Part shown: positions 36,128-46,741 of the stretch, piece after piece
How positions within the stretch are numbered: position 1 is the first letter of the stretch
Layout: every line of letters starts with the position of its first letter
Assembly (NCBI GenBank): GCA_963667725.2
Contig: CAXXHO010000003.1
Span: forward strand, 1,952,001 to 2,016,000
From: Treponemataceae bacterium
GTDB taxonomy: Bacteria > Spirochaetota > Spirochaetia > Treponematales > Rectinemataceae
Direction of reading: 5' to 3'
Length of the DNA stretch: 64,000 nt
Position numbers and translations under genes: made by a program
Notes under the pieces: generated by a model
Databases searched by the model: none
The model's input: the letters and a program-made list of their open reading frames with translations, nothing else
Told to the model about the DNA's origin: nothing

Positions 36128-37210
36128 TCACCTCCCTTCTGCCGGAGGCTTGATTTTACTGGAATCGGCATCTTTGTCAAGAGGAGGGCGCGAAAGGAGG
36201 GAACGAGAAAGCCAGTAATATGGGTTCACGGAAACGTCGCCGACGCGAATTTCCCAATGCAGATGGGGTCCCGTGGATAGTCCCGTGGAGCCGACGCGTC
36301 CGATCGGTTCGCCCCCGCCCACCATATCCCCTTCGGCCGCATCGATGGCGGAAAGGTGCATGTAGAGGGAAAAGAGGCCCGGCAGATGCTCGAGGACGAG
36401 GGTGTTGCCTGTCACGATGCGAAGTCCGGCGAAAACGACTCTGCCTGGGGCGCAGGCGAGCACTTCGCTCCCCGTCGGGGCGCCCAGATCGATGCCGCCA
36501 TGAATCGTCGAATCGCCGCCCCCGCCATCGTAGATATAGCGGCGCTCGTCGCCGAATCCGGCAGTCTCGCGCCAGGCGACGGAAAGGGGTTTCACCATGG
36601 GACCCATGGCAAAAAGGGCGGTCGGATCCCTGGAGTCGAATATTTCCGCGAAGACCTTCGATTCTGCCGTCTTGGCCGGATCGGGCTTCGCGCGGATCGC
36701 CGTATTCGCCTTGTCCAGGGGGATGTCTTCCTTCATGAACTTTTTCGCCTCTATGACGAAATCGGCGCTGACTTCCGCTTTATCCCGCGGATCGGATCCC
36801 GCGGCATTTCCATCGAGAATAGCGGAGACGTGGAGGCTTCCGGGACCGGGGGCGGCTTTTATCGGCACGGCCAGAAGAAAGCCGTAAAGATAGCCCTCGC
36901 CTTCCGATGGCATGAAAAAGGACTCGGCCGAGGAAAGATTCTTTCCGTCTGAGCTTTTTAGTAACGCGGAGGCTGAAATGACGGGACGGTCGCTCGCCAT
37001 CCAGCAGAGGAAAGGATCGCCGGGCGCGATGTTGCCGGGCATGTGGATTGTCTGGGCCGCCGCGGGCAGGATCGAGACGAAAAGGGCCAAAAAGAGGATG
37101 AGGGAGGGACGGTTCGAGGCTGCCGCGCGGCAGGCCGGAGATTTTTTTTCGCGGGTTCCATACGGTCCCAGATACCCTTTCACATCGATACTATATACTT
37201 TATACTGCAA
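36128..37210 (-). CDS. M23-family metallopeptidase, exported (start uncertain)
   Basis: Signal-like [44 protein letters not shown]. Confidence 0.88.
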   Translation of the reverse strand: MQYKVYSIDVKGYLGPYGTREKKSPACRAAASNRPSLILFLALFVSILPAAAQTIHMPGNIAPGDPFLCWMASDRPVISASALLKSSDGKNLSSAESFFMPSEGEGYLYGFLLAVPIKAAPGPGSLHVSAILDGNAAGSDPRDKAEVSADFVIEAKKFMKEDIPLDKANTAIRAKPDPAKTAESKVFAEIFDSRDPTALFAMGPMVKPLSVAWRETAGFGDERRYIYDGGGGDSTIHGGIDLGAPTGSEVLACAPGRVVFAGLRIVTGNTLVLEHLPGLFSLYMHLSAIDAAEGDMVGGGEPIGRVGSTGLSTGPHLHWEIRVGDVSVNPYYWLSRSLLSRPPLDKDADSSKIKPPAEGR

Positions 37211-37240
37211 TCAATTGTAATCACCATTCAGGAGATTCTG

Positions 37241-38623
37241 ATGCTTTTTTCGATCGGCAATCTTATCACCCTCGTCATCGTGCTGGTTTTATTCGTCATT
37301 TACCACCGGCTTACCGCCAATAACAGATCCCTCGAGAAGGTAAAGCGACTCTCCGAGAAACTCCAGAACGATCTCGGCGACTACGTCGGAACGAGAGCCG
37401 AAGAGCTGAAACACTATGGCATCGATCTCGACGTTCAGCAGAAAGCCGCCAAGATAGCCCTAGAAAAGCTGCAGGCCGCCCAGTCCGCGGTGACCGAAAA
37501 GGCCGAGGCCATGGGCGCGATCGCCGACCGCTTCAAGGAATATGACGAGGTCCTCGCGAAACTCATGGAGATGACAGCCCGCGTGGATGAGAACCTCTCG
37601 CGCATTCATGAGGACGAGACCTTCGCCGAAGGCGTCAACAGGAAGCTCGACCTGGCCAAGAAAAGCCTGACGGCCATAGAACGCGAACTGCCCCTTTTGA
37701 GGGAAAGTTTCGCCCAGGATGCCCAGCGCACCATCGAGACCTTCAGGGATTCCATACTCAATGAACTTCAGGACGGGCTCGCCAACACGGCCGCCGAACT
37801 CAACGCGGCGCGCGATGAGGCGATGGCCGCCTTCTCCCAGGCTCAGACCGCCCGGGCTCTCGTGGACGAAGAGCTGGAAAAGGCCCTTGTCACCGCGAAG
37901 GAAAGAGCCTCCTCGGTCGAAGACGAGGCTTTCGCGACACTTACCAATTCTTTCGATCAAAGATTAAGGGACTTGAGCCAGTCCACCGATGCCCAGCTGT
38001 CCCAGCTGGGGAAAGACACGGCCCAGCACGTGGGCGAACTGCGGTCGGCCATCGGCGAATTCAAGGAGAACTGGCGCAACGAGGCTCAGGCCATGCTCTC
38101 GGACATGACAGCCAAGCTCGGCGAGGCCGAGGATATTTTCGCGAAAAAGGCTACCGAGATCGCCGAGCTCCTGGATAAGTCTTCGGAACAGGCTAAAAAA
38201 GCCGAATCGGACTTCATCCTCGTCGCGGCAAAGAATAAAAAGGATGTCGACGCGACGTTGAATGAAATCAAGGCTCTCGAAGATTCCCTGAGGGCTTCGA
38301 TGGAGACGACGAAGACCAGGATAGAGGAAGAATTCGCGGGGTTCGGCCAGGCATTCGAAGATCACCGGACTCGTTTCGAGGAGAACTTCGCCGCCGAAAC
38401 CTCGGCGCTGGGAGGCTCTCTGGTGAAGCTGGGCAAGGATATAGAAACGCTGAAAGCTTCGGCCTATGACAGCACGGAACGGAAGCTCGAAGGCTTCGAG
38501 GATGAACTCCTCTCCGAACTCTCCGACAGGAAGAGCGAGGTCTTCAAGCAGCTGGATGTCTGGCTCAGCGAAATGGAAAAGACCATATCGGGCATAGCCG
38601 AGGAGAAAAATCCCGAAGCCTAG
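37241..38623 (+). CDS. Spirochaete coiled-coil membrane-anchored protein (SpiroCoCo-like), short form
   Basis: AGGAG SD; N-terminal TM followed by [10 protein letters not shown], then uninterrupted heptad-rich helix; 460 aa. Confidence 0.7.
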   Translation: MLFSIGNLITLVIVLVLFVIYHRLTANNRSLEKVKRLSEKLQNDLGDYVGTRAEELKHYGIDLDVQQKAAKIALEKLQAAQSAVTEKAEAMGAIADRFKEYDEVLAKLMEMTARVDENLSRIHEDETFAEGVNRKLDLAKKSLTAIERELPLLRESFAQDAQRTIETFRDSILNELQDGLANTAAELNAARDEAMAAFSQAQTARALVDEELEKALVTAKERASSVEDEAFATLTNSFDQRLRDLSQSTDAQLSQLGKDTAQHVGELRSAIGEFKENWRNEAQAMLSDMTAKLGEAEDIFAKKATEIAELLDKSSEQAKKAESDFILVAAKNKKDVDATLNEIKALEDSLRASMETTKTRIEEEFAGFGQAFEDHRTRFEENFAAETSALGGSLVKLGKDIETLKASAYDSTERKLEGFEDELLSELSDRKSEVFKQLDVWLSEMEKTISGIAEEKNPEA

Positions 38624-39324
38624 CGGATGATGCCCTTCAGCGCGGTTTCAACCATCGCGCTGAAAGAAGTCTGCCTTTCCTCCGAACTCGTCACCTCTCC
38701 GGTCAGCAGATGATCGGACACCGTCAAAATCGCCAGAGCCTGGACGTCATATTTGGCCGCGAGCGTGTAAAGCTCGGCGGTTTCCATCTCCACGCCGACG
38801 ATGCCGAATTTAGCCCACAACTTCCACTGTTCCGGATTTTCAGAATAGAAGGAATCGGAGGAGAGGACGGGCCCCACGAAGGGGGAATAGCCCGACTCGC
38901 GCGCGGCCTCGTAAGCGTTCATGAGGAGAGGGAAGGACGCGGTCGGGGCATAATCCATGCCGTTGAAACGCACCTTGTTGACGGCGGAATCGGTCGAAGC
39001 GCTCATGGCGAGGATGGTGTCGCGGATTTTGATCTCTTTGCGCATGGCGCCGCAGGTGCCGACCCGGATGAGCTTCTTGACGCCGTAATCCCTGATGAGT
39101 TCGTTGACATATATGGAAAGGCTAGGCATGCCCATACCCGTACCCATCACGGATACTCGCACCCCCTGATATGTCCCCGTAAATCCGAACATATTGCGTA
39201 CTTCATTGAAGCGTTCGGCTCCCTCAAGAAAATTCTCCGCGATGAATTTTGCCCTCAGCGGGTCTCCCGGGAGAAGTATGCGATCGGCGATCTGCCCTGG
39301 TTTCGCGGCGATATGAATGCTCAT
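38620..39324 (-). CDS. deoD: Purine-nucleoside phosphorylase
   Basis: [51 protein letters not shown]. Confidence 0.97.
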   Translation of the reverse strand: MSIHIAAKPGQIADRILLPGDPLRAKFIAENFLEGAERFNEVRNMFGFTGTYQGVRVSVMGTGMGMPSLSIYVNELIRDYGVKKLIRVGTCGAMRKEIKIRDTILAMSASTDSAVNKVRFNGMDYAPTASFPLLMNAYEAARESGYSPFVGPVLSSDSFYSENPEQWKLWAKFGIVGVEMETAELYTLAAKYDVQALAILTVSDHLLTGEVTSSEERQTSFSAMVETALKGIIR

Positions 39325-39452
39325 GCTATCCTTCCTTATACGTCCACTTTATGGTAGGATAGTAACTATAATATAGAAGAATTTGCAAGTGAGTGAAGGA
39401 ATAAGGAAATCGCAGGGCTCGGCCTGCGATTTTGCAGGCCAAGGAGAAAGAC

Positions 39453-40232
39453 TTGAATCCATACGAAATTCTGTTCGAAGACGACGATATTCTCGTCGCG
39501 AATAAATTGTCCCCGCTGCCAGTCCTCCAGGACAAATCCGGCGACGAGGATCTTCAGTCCCTCATCAAGAAAGACCATCCCGAAGGTAACACCTTCCTGG
39601 AAGCCGCCCACAGAATCGACAGAAGGACTTCGGGAATCGTTGTCTTCGCCAAAAACACGGGAGCCCTGAGAAAACTCGAAGAAGCCTTCAGGGACAGGGA
39701 AGTACACAAAACATACGTAGCCTGCCTCGAAAAGGAACCGCTTCCACCCGAAGGCCAGCTGAAACACATGATCGTCACCGATCCGAAACGCAATCTCTCC
39801 ATAGCCAGGCCAATCGAGACGACTCCGGGCGCCAGGGCTGCTTCCGCCAGGAAGGCGAGTCCCGCCATAAAAGATAGTCCCGCCATGAAAGGGCAGAGCG
39901 CCGTCTATGCCGAGCTCACTTATAAACTTCTCATGAAAACCGAACGCTACTTTTTCGTGGAAGCCAAGCCCATTACGGGCAGACACCATCAGATTCGCGC
40001 CCAATTCGCGGCCATGGGCTGGCCGATCAAGGGCGACCTCAAATATGGCGCGAGAAGAAGCTCCCAATCGGGCAGAATCATGCTCCATGGCTGGCGCATT
40101 GAGTTCGAACATCCGCGCACCGGCGAAGCCCTTTCCTATACGGCGGCGCTTCCGACCGATGAGACATTGTGGAACGTTTTCGCCGATTTTACCGCATCAC
40201 CCGAAAAAACCGCGGGGAATTCTATCGACTGA
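39453..40232 (+). CDS. RluA-family pseudouridine synthase
   Basis: ILFEDDDILVANK, HRIDRRTSG (catalytic Asp), TGRHHQIR, PIKGDLKYG. TTG start at 39453 after AAGGAG. Confidence 0.92.
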   Translation: MNPYEILFEDDDILVANKLSPLPVLQDKSGDEDLQSLIKKDHPEGNTFLEAAHRIDRRTSGIVVFAKNTGALRKLEEAFRDREVHKTYVACLEKEPLPPEGQLKHMIVTDPKRNLSIARPIETTPGARAASARKASPAIKDSPAMKGQSAVYAELTYKLLMKTERYFFVEAKPITGRHHQIRAQFAAMGWPIKGDLKYGARRSSQSGRIMLHGWRIEFEHPRTGEALSYTAALPTDETLWNVFADFTASPEKTAGNSID

Positions 40233-40279
40233 TATCTTTCGATTCGGACAGGGCATAGGCGAGGACAGGCTGCGCCTGA

Positions 40280-41053
40280 TCAAAAAACCGACTTCACGCC
40301 CTGGCTCATGGCCGGCACCTTGAAGTTGACCATCGACCACTGAATGAAGGCGGGGTTGCCCTCCCCCGCTGGTTCCATATCCAGCTGCGAGATGCCGCAG
40401 TTGGACGTCGGCATCAGGGGCAGCCAGCTTTTCGCGCCGAAGGTGGATCGGATCAGCCACTGAATGACACCGCCATGCGATACGCATACGATGGTTTTCG
40501 CTCCCCGCTCAGCCAATTCCCTCATCTTCACCCAGGAGGCGACAGCCCTGGAATACATGCTTCGCGAATGTTCGGCGCCGGGCACCGCGTCCCAGCTGCC
40601 GTACTGGAATTTTTTGTATACTTCGGGATGCTCCAGGCGCGCGGCTTCAATATTCACGCCGGTGAATAACCCCACATCCACCTCGACAAGAGAGGGAAGA
40701 AAAATCGGTTCGCCCAATCCGCAGGCTTTGGCGATGATGGAAGCTGTGGTCGAGGCGCGTTTCTGCGGGCTCGAGACGATGGCGTCGATCGGCTTTTCGG
40801 CCAGCCACGCACCCGCCGTCCCGGCCTGCTCCAAGCCCTTCGAGTCCAGCGGGTAGTCGAGCCGGCCCTGGAACGTAAAGCTCGCGTTTCCTTCGGTCTG
40901 GCCATGCCGAATTATATAGAAGGTCGTCGCGTGCCGAAGGGAGGCGAAAAAATTCCCGTCCACGATGATATCGGAAAAGGCGGCGGGATCGCTCCCGCCG
41001 CCTTCCCATGAAGTACTGTCGTCCCAGCCGGACAACTCGATCCGCGGATACAT
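40280..41053 (-). CDS. Histidine phosphatase (phosphoglycerate mutase superfamily)
   Basis: IIRHGQT, SSPQKRASTTA, VSHGGVI. ATG 41053 overlaps the permease stop (TAATG). Confidence 0.9.
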   Translation of the reverse strand: MYPRIELSGWDDSTSWEGGGSDPAAFSDIIVDGNFFASLRHATTFYIIRHGQTEGNASFTFQGRLDYPLDSKGLEQAGTAGAWLAEKPIDAIVSSPQKRASTTASIIAKACGLGEPIFLPSLVEVDVGLFTGVNIEAARLEHPEVYKKFQYGSWDAVPGAEHSRSMYSRAVASWVKMRELAERGAKTIVCVSHGGVIQWLIRSTFGAKSWLPLMPTSNCGISQLDMEPAGEGNPAFIQWSMVNFKVPAMSQGVKSVF

Positions 41054-42714
41054 TACGATGCTATGAAGGTATCGCTGCCGCGGTTGAAATACTTGGTGAC
41101 GATGAACATCGACACGCCCGTCACCACGAGGAGGATGGTCGACATGGCGCTCGCCGTCCCGAAGTAGCCATCGGCGACGGAGAGATAAACCTTGATCGGC
41201 ATCGTCATCGTCTTGCCTACGTAGAGGAGGATCGAAGCGGAGAGCTCGTTCATCGAGGTGACCCAGCTCATGATGGCGCCTGAAATTATGCCCGATTTCA
41301 TCAAGGGGAGCGTGATCGTCCGGAAGGTGCGTCCTGGAGAGGAGCCCAGGTTGATGCCGGCTTCCTCCAGGGCTGGGTCGATCTGCTTCAGGATGGAAGC
41401 GGCCGATCGCACCGAATAGGGGAGTCGCCTGATGAAATAGGTCAGGATGATGATGGTAGCCGTGCCCGCGAGATACAGCGGCTTCCTGTTGAACGCCACG
41501 ATGAAGCCGATGCCGAGCACCGTTCCAGGCACGATATAGGGAATCATGAGGAGAGGATCGAGGATCCTGACGGCCATGTTCCGCTTGCGGGCGATGACGA
41601 AGCCGATCAGGGTTCCCACAAAGGCGATAAGGATAACCGCGACGAAGGAATACACGAAGCTGTTGATCACCGTCTTGCCGACGTCGTAGAAAATCTGCCT
41701 GTAGCTGTCGAGCCCGAAGCCGGGTTTGAAGACGGGTCCTGAGGTATTCCTGAAGGAGTAGAACACGATGACGCCCAGCGGGAGGGTCGAGAATCCCACG
41801 ATGAAATAGCACACGAGGTGGGCCAGGAAGGATTTGATGCCCTTCAGGCTTTTCTGTATCGGGCGGTTGACGAGCATGCTCGCGTACTTGCGGCGCGAGG
41901 ATGCCCAGGTCTGGAGCACGATGACGACGGCGGCGCACATCATGAGGATTATGGAAACCGTCGAGGCCATGCCCGGGCTCTCCCCTACTTCGCTCGTGAA
42001 CATGTTGTAGGCCAGGGTCGGCAGGACTAGGTAGTTTCCGCCGATGATCATGGGGGTGCCGAAGTTCGACAGGGACATCATGAAGACGATGAGGGCTCCT
42101 CCCGTGAGCGAAGGCAGGACAAGCGGGATGGTGACCGAGAAGAATGTCTTGAAGGAGCGTGCCCCCAGGTTTTCCGACGCTTCCTCAAGCGATCGGTCTA
42201 TGGTCATGAGGGAGCCCGCGAGCATCAGGGAGATGAAGGGATAATACTGGAGCGAATCGGCGAGGATGATGCCGATGGGCCCGTATATCTGGGGCAGGTT
42301 GATGCCGATGGAGACGAAAATATTCCTCAGGAAACCGTTTCGTCCCATCATGGTGATCCATGAGTAGGCGCCGATGAAGGTCGGCGACAGGAGGGCGAGA
42401 ACGGAGAGCGTGTTGAGGAGATTCGAGCCCCTGATCTTGTACCTCGTGGTGAAGAAGGCCAGAGGGATGCCCAGCAGGGCCGAGAAGAAGGTGGTGACGA
42501 GGGCGATGAACATGGAATGGCCGAAAGCCCTCATGTAGTATGCCCTGCCGAAGAATTCCTTCCAATTTGAAAGCGACGCCGCTCCCGATTCCTTGTCCAC
42601 AAAACTGTATCTGAAGACATCGAAGAGAGGATAGATGAGGAAGATGACGACGATCGCGAAGCCCGCGAAGGTGATGAGAGACCAGATGTCGGCTTTTTTC
42701 TTACCGAGACTCAT
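41053..42714 (-). CDS. ABC permease, FbpB/AfuB-like with two fused TMDs
   Basis: Two EAA loops (SLEEASENLGA, ALEEAGINLGS); TGATG overlap with the ATPase. Confidence 0.93.
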   Translation of the reverse strand: MSLGKKKADIWSLITFAGFAIVVIFLIYPLFDVFRYSFVDKESGAASLSNWKEFFGRAYYMRAFGHSMFIALVTTFFSALLGIPLAFFTTRYKIRGSNLLNTLSVLALLSPTFIGAYSWITMMGRNGFLRNIFVSIGINLPQIYGPIGIILADSLQYYPFISLMLAGSLMTIDRSLEEASENLGARSFKTFFSVTIPLVLPSLTGGALIVFMMSLSNFGTPMIIGGNYLVLPTLAYNMFTSEVGESPGMASTVSIILMMCAAVVIVLQTWASSRRKYASMLVNRPIQKSLKGIKSFLAHLVCYFIVGFSTLPLGVIVFYSFRNTSGPVFKPGFGLDSYRQIFYDVGKTVINSFVYSFVAVILIAFVGTLIGFVIARKRNMAVRILDPLLMIPYIVPGTVLGIGFIVAFNRKPLYLAGTATIIILTYFIRRLPYSVRSAASILKQIDPALEEAGINLGSSPGRTFRTITLPLMKSGIISGAIMSWVTSMNELSASILLYVGKTMTMPIKVYLSVADGYFGTASAMSTILLVVTGVSMFIVTKYFNRGSDTFIAS

Positions 42715-43811
42715 CAAAGCCCCCTCGCATCCAGGCGGCGCCCCGATTTCTTGTCGAAGATGAGACAAGCTTCCGTCGGAATCGCGAACTCGACCGTTTC
42801 GCCGATGGCGGGTATGTCGGCCTTCTTCGGCCTGTGGCGCTCGATGACGATGCTCTGGCCCAGGAGATCCAACTCCATGCTCGCCACGGTGCCCAGGAAG
42901 GAGGTAGCCTTCAGGACGCCCGCGAGGCGGTTCGCGTTCGCGTCGCTCGTCGTCTCGACGATATCTTCGGGACGGAAGGCGAGGACGGCCTCGACGCAGC
43001 CTTCGGTGCCGGCCGCGGGCACGGCAAAGACGATGGAACCAGCGGTCGCCTTGCGCATGCCGCCGGGAAGGTTCTCGCCGAGCCGTACATCCAGGGCATT
43101 GATCTTGCCGACGAAGGTGGCGACGAAGAGGTTGACCGGATCCTTGTAGATGTCCCAGGGCATGCCCACCTGCTGGATCTTGCCGAAATTGACGACGGCG
43201 ATTCGGTCGGAAATGACGAGGGCTTCCTCCTGATCGTGGGTGACGTAGACCGCCGTGATGCCCAAAGCCTTCTGCACGGCGCGGATCTCGTCGCGCATCT
43301 CCACGCGGAGCTTGGCGTCCAGGTTGGAAAGGGGTTCGTCGAAGAGAAGGACGCGGGGCTCGATGGCCATGGCGCGGGCTAGTCCCACGCGCTGCTGCTG
43401 GCCGCCCGAGAGCTTGTCGGGCGTTCGCGCCTCGTAGCCGGAGAGATGGACGCTTTTAAGGGCGGCGGCCACCTTCGTCTCGATTTCCTTGGCGGGAAGC
43501 TTGCGGACCTTGAGGCCATAGGCCACATTCTCGAACACTGTCATATGGGGGAAAACGGCATAGTTCTGGAATACCATGCCGGTATTGCGCTTGTATGCCG
43601 GAACATCGTTGATGAGTTCGTCCCCGAGCCAGATATCGCCCTTGTCCTGGCGGTAAAAGCCCGCGATCGTCCTCAGAAGGGTAGTCTTGCCGCAGCCCGA
43701 GGGCCCGAGAAGGGTGAAGAATTCCCCTTCCTTGATCTCAAGATTGATATCCGAAAGGGCGAGAAGGTCGCCGAATCGCTTTTCCACGCCGGAAATTTTT
43801 ATAGAAGTCAT
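42714..43811 (-). CDS. ABC ATP-binding protein, FbpC/AfuC/PotA-like with a TOBE domain
   Basis: GPSGCGKTT, LSGGQQQRV, LLFDEPLSNLDAKLR, VYVTHDQEEA. Confidence 0.95.
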   Translation of the reverse strand: MTSIKISGVEKRFGDLLALSDINLEIKEGEFFTLLGPSGCGKTTLLRTIAGFYRQDKGDIWLGDELINDVPAYKRNTGMVFQNYAVFPHMTVFENVAYGLKVRKLPAKEIETKVAAALKSVHLSGYEARTPDKLSGGQQQRVGLARAMAIEPRVLLFDEPLSNLDAKLRVEMRDEIRAVQKALGITAVYVTHDQEEALVISDRIAVVNFGKIQQVGMPWDIYKDPVNLFVATFVGKINALDVRLGENLPGGMRKATAGSIVFAVPAAGTEGCVEAVLAFRPEDIVETTSDANANRLAGVLKATSFLGTVASMELDLLGQSIVIERHRPKKADIPAIGETVEFAIPTEACLIFDKKSGRRLDARGL

Positions 43812-43860
43812 CGAAAACCTCATAAATGAAGGATATGTGTATCTATCTATATATTATGGG

Positions 43861-43895
43861 AAAAGCCTGGGAAATTTACAAGTCTCCCAGGCTTT
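43861..43895 (-). terminator. Hairpin after binding-protein copy 1
   Basis: AAAGCCTGGGA...TCCCAGGCTTT inverted repeat. Confidence 0.65.
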
Positions 43896-43908
43896 GACAG
43901 GAATGCGG

Positions 43909-44880
43909 CTAGAGGCCGAGGTCCATCTTGATTTCGGTGAATTTCTTGACGAATTCGGTCTTGCTCTTGGCGGCCCAGCCGAAGTCATAGGGAATGCCCT
44001 TGATCTCGGTCATGGCGGGCAGTCCCTTCGGGCTCGCCACGTCGGTGCGTACCGGCCTGCGCTTCATCGCGTTCACCAGGTACTCCTGTACCGGCTTGGA
44101 CAGGCACCAGTCGGTGAAGATCTTCGCGTTCGCGAGATTCGGCGCTCCCTTGAGAATCGCCATGCCGTCAGGCGCCGCTACCGTGCCGTCCGTCGGGTAG
44201 ACGATCGCCACCGGGCCGCCGCCTTCAACATACCTGAAGGCGTTGTCTTCCAGGGTGAGACCCACCGCCTGCTCGCCATCGTTGACGAACTTGGGAACGG
44301 CGCCGGAAGAGGTGGAAATCACCATGTTCTTCATGATGCCCTTATACACGTCCCAGCCCTTGTCGCCATAGATGGCGATCACGTTGGCCAGCTGCATGTA
44401 GGCCGAGCCGGACTTGTCGGCGGGAGCCGAGGAGATGAGCTTCTTGAAGCGAGCGTCGGTCAGGTCCGTCCACTTCTGGGGATACTGGGCCGGCTTGAGC
44501 ATCTTCGTGTTGACGACGAAGACGTTCATGATGCCGGTGTAGGGAAGCCAGTTGGTGCCGACCTTGTAGACGGGAACGATCTTGTCCCAATCCTTGGGGA
44601 TATAGGACTGAAGGATCTGGTTCTCGGCTTCCAGCTGCTCGCCGCCGATGGACCAGATGATATCGGCCTGGGGATTGGCCGCTTCGGCCTTCGCCCTCTT
44701 GATGACATCGCCAGAGGCGAGCTTGACGTAATTGACCTTGATCCCGGTTTCCTTCTCGAACATCGGAACCAGGGCGTTGATGATGGATTCCTCGTGGGCG
44801 GTGTAGACCACCACTTCGCCGGCTCCGAATGCGGAAGCCGCGGCGAGAACACAGAACAGCGCCAGTAAAAGACGTTTCAT
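43909..44880 (-). CDS. ABC substrate-binding protein (AfuA/FbpA-like), copy 1
   Basis: Signal peptide; FEKETGIKV, EAANPQADIIW, SGSAY, YPTDGTVAAPDG, AKIFTDW. Confidence 0.92.
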   Translation of the reverse strand: MKRLLLALFCVLAAASAFGAGEVVVYTAHEESIINALVPMFEKETGIKVNYVKLASGDVIKRAKAEAANPQADIIWSIGGEQLEAENQILQSYIPKDWDKIVPVYKVGTNWLPYTGIMNVFVVNTKMLKPAQYPQKWTDLTDARFKKLISSAPADKSGSAYMQLANVIAIYGDKGWDVYKGIMKNMVISTSSGAVPKFVNDGEQAVGLTLEDNAFRYVEGGGPVAIVYPTDGTVAAPDGMAILKGAPNLANAKIFTDWCLSKPVQEYLVNAMKRRPVRTDVASPKGLPAMTEIKGIPYDFGWAAKSKTEFVKKFTEIKMDLGL

Positions 44881-44972
44881 AGAACCTCCCTATATGAATT
44901 GAGGCCAGCATGGTTTGATATCACGCTGGACCTGAAAGCCAGGGACGCGAGCGCCTCTGGCTTATTGACGTT

Positions 44973-46454
44973 TTATTTCGCCACGACAAATATTCCGTTG
45001 CCGTCCGATCGCTCTTTTCCGTAATCGGTAGCGCCCCAGCCGGCCGTGAAAGTCGCGGAGGGAGTGTTATAGACCGTATAGGTTCCATCGACGCCGGTTC
45101 CCGTGATCATCGTCGAGGATCTACCTCCATCCATATTGATCGCCTCTACGGCGCCGAGATCCAGAGCGAACTGGGCAAGCTCAGGTATCGTGGCGCCGGC
45201 GCTGATACCGGTTTGCCTGCCGTCCACGACCATGAAAAAGTAGCTGCCGTCGGCCCTATACCCAATTGCGGTGCGAGGATTATCGCCGTACCAGGAAGAG
45301 TACTCTTCATAGGCGCTATAGTCGGTAGTCGCGAGCGTACTCACGAGCGTTCCGTCGGCTTTCGCGAGCGACCCGCCCTGGACAAGGAGAGGTCCGCCGT
45401 CAGGCCGGCCGCCGCCGACGCTTTCCACCACATCGGCCCATTCGGCATCGACAGTAACGCTGATCCTGATCGTATCGCCGACGGCGAGATCGGAGAGAGC
45501 CGTCACCCCGTCGCCAGAGGAACCGGAAAGAACCATTGTTCCCGCCGCCAGGGGGGCATCGCCGGCGGTGGAGATGTCGGTGACCGTTCCGTTGATCACG
45601 CCATTGGATCTCACCGTGTCGCTTGTGCTGAACGTCACGTCGATGCCGTTGGCGACCGTCTTGGTCGAGGCTGCATAATCGGGCGTATAGAGCACTATCG
45701 TGTTATCCAAGCGTTCCCTTTTTAGATTGGCGGGGTTCGTATTCGCCGCGAGGATATCGGCGCGAGGCTGGTTCAGGATGCTGATGACCGTGTCGTCATG
45801 ATCCTGAGCGGCCCCGGTAAAGGAATCGAAGGCCATCGTTACGTTCGGCTGGCTAATCACCGGACTGCTGTCAGCCTTGATTCCGAATGCCCAGCCCTTG
45901 TGTTTGGTATAGGTATTCGCGCCGCTTGTATAGGTCCCCTCAACGCCGAATTCGCCCGTCGTAAGCCATCGTCCTTCGGACATCGTATAGCCGCCAACGC
46001 CGCCGGTCACTTCGATAATGTCGAAAAAATCGGCGTTGATGCCGCCTAGAACGGTAAGGTTGGTCGTCGTGTCGATGGTGTTGGCCATCTGAGCGACGGT
46101 CGCCAAACCGTTGACATAGCCGTTCGGCCTCCCGACCCTGAGCGTCATGTTGGCGTTCTTGCTCGGATCCACGTCAATAACGTAGAGCTTGTTCAGCTTG
46201 GAATCCGCCGTCTTCGTGAGTGAATACTTAGACTGCGTCACGCCATCGGCGAGCACGGCCCCGGACTTTCCGTCCTCGGTGTAGGTGTATTCGCTGAAGT
46301 TATAGTACTTGACCTCGGTGACCGTCGTCGTCGTCGTCGTCGCTGTCGGCGGGTTGATGAACGAAAACAGATCGGCGCAGCTCGTGAGTCCCAACAGGGC
46401 CACGAGCGTCAGGACGGCGATCGCCTGCCAAACCCCTTTCCCTTCACGTTTCAT
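44973..46454 (-). CDS. Phosphodiester glycosidase (NAGPA family) lipoprotein
   Basis: Lipobox LLGLTSC, Thr-rich linker, GGINADFF, NPRTAIG, MVVDGRQ, AINMDGGRSS. Confidence 0.88.
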   Translation of the reverse strand: MKREGKGVWQAIAVLTLVALLGLTSCADLFSFINPPTATTTTTTVTEVKYYNFSEYTYTEDGKSGAVLADGVTQSKYSLTKTADSKLNKLYVIDVDPSKNANMTLRVGRPNGYVNGLATVAQMANTIDTTTNLTVLGGINADFFDIIEVTGGVGGYTMSEGRWLTTGEFGVEGTYTSGANTYTKHKGWAFGIKADSSPVISQPNVTMAFDSFTGAAQDHDDTVISILNQPRADILAANTNPANLKRERLDNTIVLYTPDYAASTKTVANGIDVTFSTSDTVRSNGVINGTVTDISTAGDAPLAAGTMVLSGSSGDGVTALSDLAVGDTIRISVTVDAEWADVVESVGGGRPDGGPLLVQGGSLAKADGTLVSTLATTDYSAYEEYSSWYGDNPRTAIGYRADGSYFFMVVDGRQTGISAGATIPELAQFALDLGAVEAINMDGGRSSTMITGTGVDGTYTVYNTPSATFTAGWGATDYGKERSDGNGIFVVAK

Positions 46455-46590
46455 AGAAACCTCCTTATTCTTCCGGAGCCAGCGCACTGTTCGATGCGCC
46501 TCCTCCTCGGCCCTGGGGCGGCATGCCTACGCAGCCGGTCGCCAAAAGCCTTCCATCTTTTATCCAGCCGATTCGGCAGGCCCACAACAT

Positions 46591-46620
46591 GACGATTCTG
46601 ACAAAATGTGGACAATTCTG
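46591..46620. promoter_or_regulatory. Direct repeat GAC[G/A]ATTCTG x2 (20 bp period), candidate site for the AraC-type response regulator
   Basis: GACGATTCTG at 46591 and GACAATTCTG at 46611 in the divergent NAGPA/kinase intergenic region. Confidence 0.5.
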
Positions 46621-46741
46621 CGTTTCTCCCGCTCCTGGCGGGATTCCGGCCATTAAATGATTTGCATGGGCTGACGGAGGGGATTATGATGTTCACCGAC
46701 ATGAGGTATCGCCGCGAAATTGGCCGAAGAAGATTCCGATC

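Noticed and set aside
41054..41938. Long N-terminal extension of the histidine phosphatase ORF
   Set aside because: Out-of-frame overlap with the ABC permease; the real start is the TAATG-coupled ATG at 41053.
46325..46342. (GTC)6 microsatellite as a phase-variation switch
   Set aside because: Trinucleotide repeat encoding a Thr linker; length changes stay in frame.
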